Source of the DNA: Octopus vulgaris
Taxonomy: Eukaryota
Length of the DNA stretch: 64,000 nucleotides
Reading direction: 5' to 3'
Assembly (NCBI GenBank): GCA_951406725.2
Contig: OX597831.1
Span: forward strand, 29,574,001 to 29,638,000
Made by a program: the position numbers and the translations under genes. The stretch's first letter is position 1. The number at the start of each line of letters is the position of its first letter. The notes beneath the pieces were generated by a model. That model was not told where the DNA came from. It made no database searches and saw nothing but the letters and a program-made list of their open reading frames with translations. Below are positions 27,063 to 40,508 of this stretch, piece after piece.

Positions 27063-28059
27063 CAAACACAATACATTTATAAAGGGATATTTTTCCCCCC
27101 GGACGAAAACTGCAGCCTCTGACTTTTCAACTATACACATACGTTAAGTTATATTGGTAAAATTTTTGTACTTCTTCTAAGACATATGGCGATGGAGTGC
27201 CAACGAATTTATCAGACAACACGTCTATTTTCCTCACTTTGCCAGTTCTTCACATCTGTTCCCCCTCCACCTCCACACATGCTCCACCTTCTTTCCACCC
27301 GACTTGTCACCTACCTCCCACCACGCCCACCCCATCTGCCGCCCTACACTACAACGTGTGATGTTAACGCATACCGCAGTTGTCTTCTCTTTGACGCCAG
27401 ATCAACGAACCATCTTACATAACACTGCAGGTGTCAATACCTCTGTAACTTCGTCGTCGTCGTCGTCGTCATCATCATCATCATCATCATCATCATCGTC
27501 GTCGTCGTCGTCATCGTCATCGTTGTCATCATCATCATCATCATCTTCAGTGTCGACGTTGCCATCGTCGTCGCTGTCATCATCACCATCATCATAATTG
27601 TCATTATCATCTTTATCGTCGTCAGCAACATCACTACTACATTTGTAGTTCGCACCTCCTCCCCTTCCGCCCACTATCTTTCTCTTCCTCCTCTCCCCTC
27701 TTCTTCTTCCTCATCATCCTATTCTTATTCTTCTACAAATAATAATTCTTCTTCTTCTTCTTCTTCTTCTTCTTCTTCTTCTTTGTCGTCGTTGTCATAG
27801 CCGTCGCAGATACCTTCTCCCATCCTCATCATCTTCCTCGTCGTCCTCCTCCTCCTCTTCCTCCTCCTCCTCCTCCTCATCATCATCATGTGCTATAGTC
27901 ATTATGACAACAGTTATTACCATTATTGATGATATATTTTCGTAGTTGTTATTTCTATTGTTGTTGTTGCTGGTATTGTGAATATGCTGTGTACTGGACG
28001 GTTTACACAGCACACAAAAACATATATACTTCCATATCTACATGTATACATATGTATAT

Positions 28060-28235
28060 CGTTGGCGATTTTTTTTCCTCTGTCTTCCCTTCTCTGGATC
28101 TTTCCTTCTCCTATGTTTACGACGAAGAGCTCCGCTCGAAACGGTAATCCCTCCTTTCCTTTCCTGAGCGTCCAATAATACTATATTTGTTCCACGTCCT
28201 TGCGTTGTTGTGTTTTTGTGCTTTCTTGTTTGGAT

Positions 28236-28273
<38 letters not shown>

Positions 28274-28356
28274 ATCCAAACAAGAAAGCACAAAAACACA
28301 ACAACGCGAGGACGTGGAACAAATATAGTATTATTGGACGCTCAGAAAGAAGGAGG
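28060..28356. mobile_element. Penelope-like repeat with tail-to-tail inverted copy around (TA)n
   Basis: 28150-28240 is the reverse complement of 28269-28356. The hammerhead-like ACGACGAAGAGCTCCGCTCGAAACGGT lies at about 28119-28145. Confidence 0.7.
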
Positions 28357-28458
28357 TTTATATATATACATACACACACACACACATATACATATATATG
28401 TATATGTATACGTACGCACATACGAGCATGGACACACAGACACACATATACGTTCCTA

Positions 28459-28674
28459 CGTAGTGCTGAAAAGCCCTTGGTTTTGGGTAGAAGAAAATAC
28501 AAGAGGATTAGTTAATTAAGACTTCTATGCAACATAATTCCCTTCTCAGATTCACAAACTTATTGCAGCGCTCCTTCAGCCTTTTAAAACCCTCTAAAAG
28601 AACTCGGAAGGTTGGTCCTCCAATGAGACCTTTCGAGATAACTTTAAAGCTAGGAACTTCTTAACACCCCCTCG
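28459..28674 (-). mobile_element. Mariner-derived MITE
   Basis: It has degenerate TIRs and TA flanks, and is a reverse copy of 32780-32997. Confidence 0.7.
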
Positions 28675-28687
28675 TATGTGTGTATAT

Positions 28688-28730
<43 letters not shown>

Positions 28731-29125
28731 ACGGCTATCACAGTAGTCTCCTCCTTCGGAATCGGCTATCAATCAGCATAGCATTCAATTACAGTGTAGT
28801 GTACTGTGATGTGTCCGTCTAGATAAAAATTCAGGATATCCGAGCGGCAAATAATACAGCGAGTGAGTAATTGAAGTATAAAGTCAGGAAGTATTAGAGC
28901 GGAAAACAGATTTATTTATCCGTATGACTTTCATTTGATTACGGCCGTTTCGTAACCTTCTTCATATAGTATTGATTTCAATACTGAAAAAAATTATACT
29001 CAAATGTTTTCATCAGTATGTCTACTCAGCATTATACAATATACAAACTGTGTATTTACAAAGTTCACTCATCAGGTCACCATCATGGCTACATCTACAC
29101 TTAAACATATGTATATATATATGCA

Positions 29126-29243
29126 AGAAAAAAGCAGCAAGAATGGATTAGTTGTTCAGTACAATTGTTCCATAAGAAAAACAGCTGTTCTTCGTATGAA
29201 ACAATTGTACTTAACAACTAATCCATTCTTGTTGCTTTTTTCT
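29126..29243. repeat. Near-perfect hairpin (about 55-bp arms)
   Basis: AGAAAAAAGCAGCAAGAATGGATTAGTTGTT pairs with AACAACTAATCCATTCTTGTTGCTTTTTTCT. It contains GAAA-CAATTG-TA. Confidence 0.85.
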
Positions 29244-29608
29244 AGTTTATAATCACCCCACATTATTTTATGGTTAATACCATATAGATTTCTGGTGCAT
29301 CTAAGTTAAGTACCGCATTCATGTGAATTCATTGGAACTCACTTGAATCTTAATTGTCTTTACTGAAAGTATATATATATATATATATATATAGCAATAA
29401 TAATTCTCTAAAAGGGATATAGACAGTAACTGCTCGATAACATAAGGGACTAAAGCCATCTGAATATGGCTAGGGACAGGGCAGGGTGGTGGGGGTGTTA
29501 CTGTTGCATTTAGCCCCAGGCGAACATCGACGTCACCAGAAAGGCTCGACACCGTCACGGTGCCCTTAACCTGCAAAGGGAGGTAATTCCCCGATGAAGC
29601 GGAAACCA

Positions 29609-29654
29609 CACACGGACCATGGTTACAAGGTGTATTGCCTATCATCGGCGTGTG
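29609..29654 (-). ncRNA. Type I hammerhead copy 1 (GAAA mutated to GTAA, probably inactive)
   Basis: CACACG-CCGATGA-T-AGG-CAATACA-CCT-T-GTAA-CCATGG-TC-CGTGTG. Confidence 0.7.
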
Positions 29655-29929
29655 GTAGGCCTCCGCTTCCTCGACGAATTCTCACTCTGCAGGATTTTCT
29701 TATATAGATTTTCAAGCAAAATACATTTGCTGATTTCGAAAATCTGTTCGAAAGCAATAATAATTCTCTAAAAGGGATATAGACAGTAACTGCTCGATAA
29801 CATAAGGGACTAAAGCCATCTGAATATGGCTAGGGACAGGGCAGGGTGGTGGGGGTGTTACTGTTTGCTTGAAAATCTATATAAGAAAATCCTGCAGAGT
29901 GAGAATTCGTCGAGGAAGCGGAGGCCTAC

Positions 29930-29975
29930 CATACGCCGATGATAGGCAATACACCTTGAAACCATGGTCCGTGTG
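29930..29975 (+). ncRNA. Type I hammerhead copy 2
   Basis: CATACG-CCGATGA-T-AGG-CAATACA-CCT-T-GAAA-CCATGG-TC-CGTGTG. Predicted cleavage is after C29969. Confidence 0.8.
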
Positions 29976-30289
29976 TGGTTTCCGCTTCATCGGGGAATTA
30001 CCTCCCTTTGCAGGTTAAGGGCACCGTGACGGTGTCGAGCCTTTCTGGTGACGTCGATGTTCGCCTGGGGCTAAATGCAACAGTAACACCCCCACCACCC
30101 TGCCCTGTCCCTAGCCATATTCAGATGGCTTTAGTCCCTTATGTTATCGAGCAGTTACTGTCTATATCCCTTTTAGAGAATTATTATTGCTTTCGAACAG
30201 ATTTTCGAAATCAGCAAATGTATTTTGCTTGAAAATCTATATAAGAAAATCCTGCAGAGTGAGAATTCGTCGAGGAAGCGGAGGCCTAC

Positions 30290-30335
30290 CACACGCCGAT
30301 GATAGACAATACACCTTGAAACCATGGTCCGTGTG
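30290..30335 (+). ncRNA. Type I hammerhead copy 3 (one stem II mismatch)
   Basis: CACACG-CCGATGA-T-AGA-CAATACA-CCT-T-GAAA-CCATGG-TC-CGTGTG. Predicted cleavage is after C30329. Confidence 0.75.
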
Positions 30336-30503
30336 TGGTTTCCGCTTCATCGGGGAATTACCTCCCTTTGCAGGTTAAGGGCACCGTGACGGTGTCGAGC
30401 CTTTCTGGTGACGTCGATGTTCGCCTGGGGCTAAATGCAACAGTAACACCCCCACCACCCTGCCCTGTCCCTAGCCATATTCAGATGGCTTTAGTCCCTT
30501 ATG

Positions 30504-30560
<57 letters not shown>

Positions 30561-30806
30561 ATGTATAGTCACAATGGGGATATTTAAACCTCTTATAGGG
30601 ATATTTATCCAAGATAAACTGGTTTAATACATTAAATTTTGTAGAGAATTCTTCAACGAATATATTATATAGAATATCGTAAAATATCAAACATTTTTAT
30701 CGAGTTAGAAAAGAGAGAAATCTAATGGATACAAATTAATTTATTAATTAATCAACATGTTAATTAATTAATTAATTTGTATCCATTAGATCTCTCTGTT
30801 TTCTAA

Positions 30807-30893
<87 letters not shown>

Positions 30894-30898
30894 GTATA

Positions 30899-31312
30899 GG
30901 TGCAGGAGTGGCTGTGTGGTAAGTAGCTTGCTAACCAGCCACATGGTTCCGGGTTCAGTCCCACTGCGTGGCATCTTGGGCAAGTGTCTTCTGCTATAGC
31001 CCCGAGCCGACCAATGCCTTGTGAGTGGATTTGGTGGACGGAAACTGAAAGAAGCCTGTCGCATATATCTATATATATATATGTGTGTGTGTGTATTTGT
31101 GTGTCTGTGTTTGTCCCCCTAGCATCACTTGACAACCGATGCTGGTGTGTTTACGTCCCCGTCACTTAGTGGTTCGGCAAAAGAGACCGATAGAATAAGT
31201 ACTGGGCTTACAAAGAATAAGTCCCGGGGTCGATTTGCTCGACTAAAGGCGGTGCTCCAGCATGGCCGCAGTCAAATGACTGAAACAAGTAAAAGAGTAA
31301 AATAGTAAAGAG
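30899..31312 (+). mobile_element. SINE type A
   Basis: Full-length match to other copies. Confidence 0.9.
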
Positions 31313-31332
31313 TATATGCTTATATCTATCTG

Positions 31333-31482
<150 letters not shown>

Positions 31483-31749
31483 GCACAGTATATGGATTTA
31501 GCTAATCCGGCAGTACTCATAAAGAAGCTGCTAAATGGATCAAGTTACAGGCAACATAAAAAACCAAAACAAAGTGGTGTAATGTATAGTCCTATGCTGT
31601 CGAAATCCAACAAATCCAGTTAGTAATGATTATTACATTAAGGGTATATAAAATATGAAGAAAGATGGGAGGTATAGGATGAATATATGGATGTCTACTG
31701 ATGAAATAAATATACACTTCTTAAACCTTCTCTTATTTCCTGAATATTT

Positions 31750-31874
31750 ATAAAAAGGAACACAAAAAATGAGACAAGAACACAAAACATCCAAACAGAT
31801 GATACAAACGCACGAAGTTTTCTTTCCTCAGTCGAGTTCCAGATAATCTTTGCAATTTCGGCTGGTTATATATA

Positions 31875-31967
<93 letters not shown>

Positions 31968-32675
31968 AGTGGTTTGTCGCAGTTTAAAACCAGAAGGCAC
32001 GGTACAATCGTCACCAGAGTGACTAAGGGCGCAAATCAGCACCAGCATTGCTAGAAACAAGTATCAAAGCAACACTTAGCCACGAGCAAAGCACTTCTCT
32101 ATTGACTGACAACCTCCTTGTAGCAAGCGAGAGCGTCTGGTCATCGATGATTTCGGATAGAATTAATCCTCGTCAATGATGCTACAAAGTTACCCAGAGA
32201 TAAGCTGAACTCGCCTTGTCAGTTTATAGAAACTACCACAGGAATCAGGGGCTGAGTCCGTAAAATGGTAAAGGGAAAAATTATAAATTATTAAAATGGC
32301 TAATTGCAATTTAAAACCAAAAACCATAAGTACAATCGCCACTAAACTAACTAAGGCTGCATATCAGAAACAGCCTTGCTAGAAATAAGAGTCAAAGCAA
32401 CCCTTAGCCACGGGCAGAGCACTATCTATTGACTGACAAGGGAGACATACACATTCACACACAGACACACACACTCATACACAGACACACATATATGGCA
32501 TGGTTCTGTTGTTAAGAAATTCACTTTGCAGGCTATATATATATATATAACCAGCCGAAATTGCAAAAATTATCTGGAACTCGACTGAGGAAAGAAAGCT
32601 TCGAATGACCCGTCCGTGCTTTTTCTTGTCCCTCTTTTGTATCATCTGTTTGGATGTTTTGTGTTTCAGTCCCAC
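31750..32675. repeat. Inverted Penelope-like arms (31750-31870 and 32546-32675) enclosing a diverged 140-bp direct repeat
   Basis: The arms share CTCAGTCGAGTTCCAGATAAT...GCAATTTCGGCTGGTTATA. The same family occurs at 49555-49730. Confidence 0.65.
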
Positions 32676-32779
32676 ATTACGGTACCTAAGGAAAGCATCT
32701 TCTATTATAGCGCCGGGCTTACCAACACCATCTGAATGAATTTGTTAAACTAAAACTGTGCCGAAAAGCGTTATGTATA

Positions 32780-32997
32780 CAAAGGGGTGCTGAAAAAAAT
32801 TCCTCGCTTTAAGAGTATCGGGAAAGGCCTGGTTGAAGGCCTAACCTTCCGAATTCTTTTACTGGGCTTAGGAAAACCGAAGGACTGCTGTAATAAGTGT
32901 GTGAATCTGAGAGGGAAACATGTTGAATACGATCATAACGGATCCGCCTGTATTTTCTTTTACACCCAGACCAAGAACGTTTCCGCACCCGCTCACG
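32780..32997 (+). mobile_element. Mariner-derived MITE
   Basis: It has TA flanks and degenerate TIRs (GGGGTGCTGAAA / TTTCCGCACCC). It encodes KCVNLRGKHVEY, like a mariner transposase C-terminus. Confidence 0.75.
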
Positions 32998-33039
32998 TAC
33001 ATGAGTGTTTTCGTGTGTGTGTGCGCGTGTGTGTGTGTA

Positions 33040-33076
<37 letters not shown>

Positions 33077-33568
33077 GTATGTGTATGTATGTGTGTGTAT
33101 GTGTGTGTATGCGTGTGTGTGTGTGCGTGTCTGTGTCCGTCGACTAACGTTAGGCAATAGGTGTTGGTTTGTTTATGTCCCAGTAACAGCGGTCCGGCAA
33201 GAAATGTAGAATAAATAACTACCTGACTCAAAAACAAATGCTTGGATCAGTTTGCACGATTAAGAGAGACCCTTCAAGGCGGCGCCCCAACATGGTGACA
33301 ACGAAGCGACTGCAACAAAGTATCACACACACACACACACACACACACACGCTCGCACTTACGCGCGCATACACGCATGCACATACACACGTTTATTTGC
33401 ACACATATGCGTATATGTATGTATTGAGAAATGCATTCATTTATAAATTTATGTATATACAATTCAATATATATATATTTATATATATATATAATGTATG
33501 TGCGTATGTATGTATTTCTCTACTGAAGTGGGCAAGGATTATAGATATCCATACATATATACATGCAT

Positions 33569-33628
<60 letters not shown>

Positions 33629-33682
33629 TATATGTATCTGCGTATATGTGTATGCATGTATGTATTCCTGTTTGTATGCATG

Positions 33683-33717
<35 letters not shown>

Positions 33718-34321
33718 TAGTGTGTGTGTATGTGTATCTGTAGCTATGTACATATGTATGTATATATGTATGTACCTATACATGTATCTATGAATGTATG
33801 TATGTATACATTTGTGTGTATGTGTGTGTATGTGTGTGTGTGTATGTGCGTGTGTGTGTGTGCGCGCGCGCGCGCGTGTTTCGTGACACACATATTTCCC
33901 GCACGTATCTGAGTAATATCGAGAGCCACAGCACTATATATACGGACTGCTGGAGGGTGTATATAGGGTGCCCGGGTAGAAGAGTTCTGTTTTTTAAACT
34001 ATAAAGTGACACAGACATGTATAGGTCAGTGGAAACAATGTCTTTGAATCTGTTTGTAAAAGTTATCTTCTGGAATATGTGGGTGTATATAATGTGTGTG
34101 CGTATACATATATGCGTGTATATGCGTATGTATATATATATATATGCATGGATGTATCTGTGTGTGTGTGTGTGTATATACATATACATTCATATATATA
34201 TATATATATATATGTCATATATATATATATGTGTGTGTGTGCGTGTGTGCATGTGCTATGTGTGGTGTGTATATGTATACATGTGTGTGTATGGGTGTGT
34301 GTTTCTGTGGGTGTGTGTTTC

Positions 34322-34374
<53 letters not shown>

Positions 34375-34565
34375 ACATATATATATACACACACACACAC
34401 ACAGAAACACACACCCATACACACACATGTATACATATACGCACCACACACAGCACATGCACACACGCACACACACACACACCACACGCAACACATATAC
34501 ACACGCACACACACATTCACACACACACATAAATTAAATATTTGGATGAATGTATGTGTGCGCAA

Positions 34566-34606
<41 letters not shown>

Positions 34607-34829
34607 TGTATTTTATGTGGGCATTCACGTATCTATAAGTTTATATGTAAGCATGTATGTATGTATGTATATGTTTGTACGTAAGCACAAACATTAACCA
34701 GATGTGTCTATATTCTTGGCATTCGTATAAAGAGGGGGAGGGGAAGAGAAAGAGAAAGAGAGATTGAGAAAGGTGGAGAGAGAGAGAAGGATGAAATTGC
34801 ATATATATAGAGAGGAGAGAAGAAAGAGA

Positions 34830-35310
<481 letters not shown>

Positions 35311-35835
35311 TGAGTGAGATTAGGCGAAGAGAACGGTGTTTGTAAAAACTGGAGAGAGAGCAAAGAGTAACAAGATCTGTTGTATAATGAAATATCCTCC
35401 ATGTTTGATGCTTGATGTGAACACATATGACATACATGAAAGGGAATATTAAAAAAAAAAAAAAAAAAAAGAGAGAAAAAAAACAGCAGCATGCTCCATG
35501 AGTGTTGAACCTACGCCTCATAAATACCGTCTTTCTGCACTATTTAGCGAAGATACAGTAGATGTGATTCCCACGGGTGACCCGTTTACCATTCGTTTTT
35601 ATTACATTTTTCTTGGCAACCAAATGTTGAAACGAAGGAGAGATGTGTGTGCACATGCCTACATACATGCGTACATATACACACACCAACACACACCAGT
35701 ATAATTTTGTTTTGTTTAAGAGTGTTCTTGATATCAGAGCTGAGCCCATGCTGCAGCACAGAGTACAGTGATGGTGGCTGTGTGGAAGCCAGTCAGGTGT
35801 ATATTCTCTCACTCAGTCTGTCTGTCTGTCTGTCC

Positions 35836-35889
<54 letters not shown>

Positions 35890-36232
35890 TTCTCGCACAC
35901 TATATATATATATATATACATGCATATATATACATAAATATATAGATACATAAATATGTATGTATACGTGTATATGTATGTATACGTGTATATGTATGTT
36001 CGTATATATATGCATGTATATATATATATGGGTGTGTGTGTTTGTGTGTCTGTGACCCCCCCCCCTGACATCGCTTGACATTCGATGCTAGTGTGATTAC
36101 GTCTCCGTAACTTAGCGGTTCGGCAATAAGGGACCGATAGAATAACCACTAGGCTTACAAAGAATAGGTCCCCGACTAAAAGGTGGTGCTCCAGCATGGC
36201 CGCAGTCAAATGACTGAAACAAGTAAAAGAAC

Positions 36233-36324
<92 letters not shown>

Positions 36325-36413
36325 TATACGTGAGTTGTCTTAAAGACCGTAAGTCAGGGAAAAGATGCAGTCGTATATCTGTTAATAGAGTAGGCATTTA
36401 ATTCAGAATGTAA

Positions 36414-36593
36414 AGTATTAAATATCCATCGCGGCTGACCTTGCCAATCAGTTTCGCGTGAAGAATACGAAGGAGTGTTAGAAAACCAATTGATGAGCGT
36501 CGAGTTATATAATCGGATTGTTATCTAACACTCCATTGTATTCTTTACGCGAAACCGTTTTGGTAAGATCACCCGTGATGGATATTTAATACT
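36414..36593. repeat. Imperfect hairpin (about 75-bp arms)
   Basis: AGTATTAAATATCCATC pairs with GATGGATATTTAATACT. The right arm contains CGCGAAACCG. Confidence 0.8.
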
Positions 36594-36649
36594 GCGCATT
36601 TCGAACAACACACATACACACACATAACCACACACATATAATGTATGTG

Positions 36650-36960
36650 TGAGGGCGCATGGCCTAGTGTTCACGGTGCTGCATTGCATTCAAGATCGCG
36701 AGATCGTAATCTTAACCCCTTGACTGGGTGGTGCGCTTCGTTTTTTTTTTTGTTTTTTTTTTTCGGGGCAAAGCACTTCAATCTCACGTTACTCTGCAAT
36801 CACTTCGACACCTAGGGCGTGGCACACCGTGCACCTGTTTAGTCAACGTCGATATGATGGAGGGGGTGAGCTAATGTGCTGCATATACATTTCATCACTA
36901 TAAACCTATAAACAAATCATTTGATAAGATCGTTTGGCAAGAAATTACAGAACTGTCTTT
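36650..36960 (+). mobile_element. Diverged tRNA-headed SINE (type D-like head and core, different tail)
   Basis: GAGGGCGCATGGCCTAGTG head and GGCAAAGCACTTCAATCTCACGTT core. Confidence 0.55.
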
Positions 36961-37038
36961 CTCCGACGAGAGATTAGCATCATTATGTATGCATATTATT
37001 CATAATATATATTATACATATATACGTATATATATTAT

Positions 37039-37704
<666 letters not shown>

Positions 37705-38056
37705 TGCAGGAGTCGCTGTGTGGTAAGAAGTTTGCTTCCCAACCACATGGTTCCGAGTTCAGTCCCACTGCGTGACAAATGTCTACTATAGCCTCCAGCC
37801 AGCCAAAGCCTTGTGAGTGGAATTGGTAGATGGAAACTGAAAGAAGCCCGTCGTATATATGTGTGTGTGTATTCCCCCATCACCGTTTGACACCTGGTGC
37901 TGGTGTGTTTGCGTCCCCCTAACGTAGTGGTTTGGCAAAAGAGACCGATAGAATAAGTACCAGCCTTAAAAAGAATAAGTTCTGAGTTCAATTTCTTCGA
38001 CTAAAAGGCGGTGCTCCAACATGGCTGCCGTCAAATGACCGTAACAAGTAAAAGAA
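37705..38056 (+). mobile_element. SINE type A
   Basis: Near full-length. Confidence 0.85.
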
Positions 38057-38109
38057 TATGTGTGATGGTACATATATGTATATATAATATATATATAATA
38101 TATATATAA

Positions 38110-38149
<40 letters not shown>

Positions 38150-38150
<1 letters not shown>

Positions 38151-38440
38151 TGAAGAAAGAGTAGGAGAAAGTTGTGGTGAACGAGTACGGCAGAGTTCGC
38201 CACCACCCCCTGCCTCGTGGAGCTTTAGGTGTTTTCACTCAATAAACATTCACAAAACCCGGTCTGGGAATCGAATCTGCGATCCTACTGCCGCGAGTCC
38301 GCTGCCCTAACCACTGAGCCATTACACCTCCATTTATAAATATATGATAAAACTGAATTAACTAACTGGCACTCCGTCGGTTACAACGACGAGGCTTCCA
38401 GCTGATCCGATCAACCTGCTCGTGAAATTAACGGGCAAGT
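38150..38440 (-). mobile_element. SINE type C fragments (head 38150-38332, tail 38368-38440)
   Basis: Reverse-complement similarity to 24974-25351. Confidence 0.7.
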
Positions 38441-38509
38441 GGTCAGTTTCAATAGTTTCAGGCCGGAGACCAGAACATGCCAGCCACTGGTTTACATCAG
38501 GGATCCCGG

Positions 38510-39090
38510 CCTATTATTAGTGAAGATTGCCCCGCCGACCTCCTTTGACAAGGAGGACAAGGCCGTTTTTCTGTGCCTAGTGGCTGTGGCGAAAGAGGTT
38601 ATATGGTGGACCCGTTTGAAAGGGCTAAAGTCAGACACTTTCCTCTTTGGTCAAGGCCTCATCAACTTTTTCAAGTTTCACTTGAAAAGGAAGATGAGGT
38701 TAGAGAGGAGAGTGCTGTCTGATAGCAAGTTTTCTGAAAGGTGGGTGAATTGTGCAAGAATGGCCAGTATAAATGGACCAATTCAGAGGTTTCCCCTGTA
38801 ATTGAAAAAGGTATTATAAAAGGAGAAAGGGGCTCTCTACCTCCCTTTTGACCAGGCTCCCGTGGCTTTTATGGGTTTTTCCACGTGAGACCTTTTCATT
38901 TTTCGAAGCGTCTCCTCTATTGGGAGTTTTTCGTTGTTAAAATTTTTGATTGTTAAACTGCTTTTTACTCGTTTTTTTTCACTAACGGACAAAGCCTTTT
39001 GTAACCTTTCGTCCTGTTTTGTCCCTTTATGTTTTCCAATCATATTTGTCAGCCCTTGTGGCCAATAAAAGAATTAATTATTATTATTAT
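38510..39090 (+). mobile_element. Tx1/L1-like LINE, 5'-truncated: ORF2 C-terminus plus 3' UTR
   Basis: FLCLVAVAKEVIWWTR...FFKFHLKRKMRLER...FSERW matches the AK..IW..R...F...W pattern of Tx1 ORF2 ends. It ends with AATAAA and (ATT)n. Confidence 0.7.
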
Positions 39091-39415
39091 TGATGATGAT
39101 GAGGATTAATAATCGAGACAATGATGAAGATGATAATGATGAGAAGGAGGTGGCGGAAAGAGAAACATGAGGAGAAATATGAAGAGAAGGAAGAGAAGAA
39201 GGGGGATGGAGGGTTGGAAGCGGAGAAAAATAGGATGCAGATGAGGAGGAGGAGGAGGGGAGGAGGATGGTGGTGGTGGATGTCTGAGACACAGAGGAAA
39301 CAGGGCGAGCTAAACAATCGCTTGTAATATTTTGCGCGCAGATATGAAATTTAGAAGTGAAACGGAGGCGGAGGGGGAAAAGTCAGAAGAGAGAGAGAGA
39401 GAAGAAAGACAGCGG

Positions 39416-39530
<115 letters not shown>

Positions 39531-39553
39531 GTATGTATATATGTATGTATATA

Positions 39554-39600
<47 letters not shown>

Positions 39601-39743
39601 GTGTATTTATACATATATGTATACATACATAAATGTATACATGCATATATATATATACACATATATATACATATATATATATACATGTATATGTATATAT
39701 ACATATATATACATATAATATATAAACATATATATTTATATAC

Positions 39744-39787
<44 letters not shown>

Positions 39788-40030
39788 ACATATATGTATA
39801 TATATGTATATATATATATGTATAAATATGTGTACATAAATATATATATATTTATATGTATATATAAATATATATATATATATAATCACAACTGATTGGA
39901 CAAACGAAAGAAGGTACCACTCGACATTTACTATCAAGTAATTATAAATATCTCCCTCTATACACACACATGTGTGTGTGTATGTGTATGTATGTATGTA
40001 TGTATATATATACACATATGTATATGTGTG

Positions 40031-40108
<78 letters not shown>

Positions 40109-40316
40109 CAGATGTGCGCATGCATAAACACGGCATAGACAAAATATAGAAACTTAAGATGTAAATCGGAAATAAGAGTCTAAATATACATTAGAAACAC
40201 GTTAGCAATGGAAGAATGGGAAACATTGTAGCAAAATACACACACACACACACACACACACGTATATATGTATGTGTATGTGTGTGTATATGTGTATATG
40301 CACATACTTATATACA

Positions 40317-40361
<45 letters not shown>

Positions 40362-40455
40362 GTTTGGATTAACTTTATATATATATATACACATATATAT
40401 ATGCATATATATATATATATGTGTGTGTGTGTGTATATATGTATATATATATATG

Positions 40456-40508
<53 letters not shown>

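Larger units (their letters stand above)
29393..30507. mobile_element. Non-LTR retrozyme-like array: 360-bp tandem unit with type I hammerhead, plus inverted arm
   Basis: The period is exactly 360 bp (29881 = 30241). The minus arm is 29393-29865 and the plus arm is 29864-30507, with one hammerhead per unit and (TA)n on both outer ends. Confidence 0.85.

Noticed and set aside
29590-29608. CCGATGA-AGCG-GAAA on the strand opposite the hammerhead (possible ambisense ribozyme)
   Set aside because: There is no stem II or stem III/UH geometry. It is the complement of the extended stem I.
29975-30568. Repeated ORF MVSASSGNYLPLQ...
   Set aside because: It recurs only because of the 360-bp repeat, starts at a non-ATG codon and has no recognisable domain. 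Coding from a circular RNA cannot be excluded but is unsupported.
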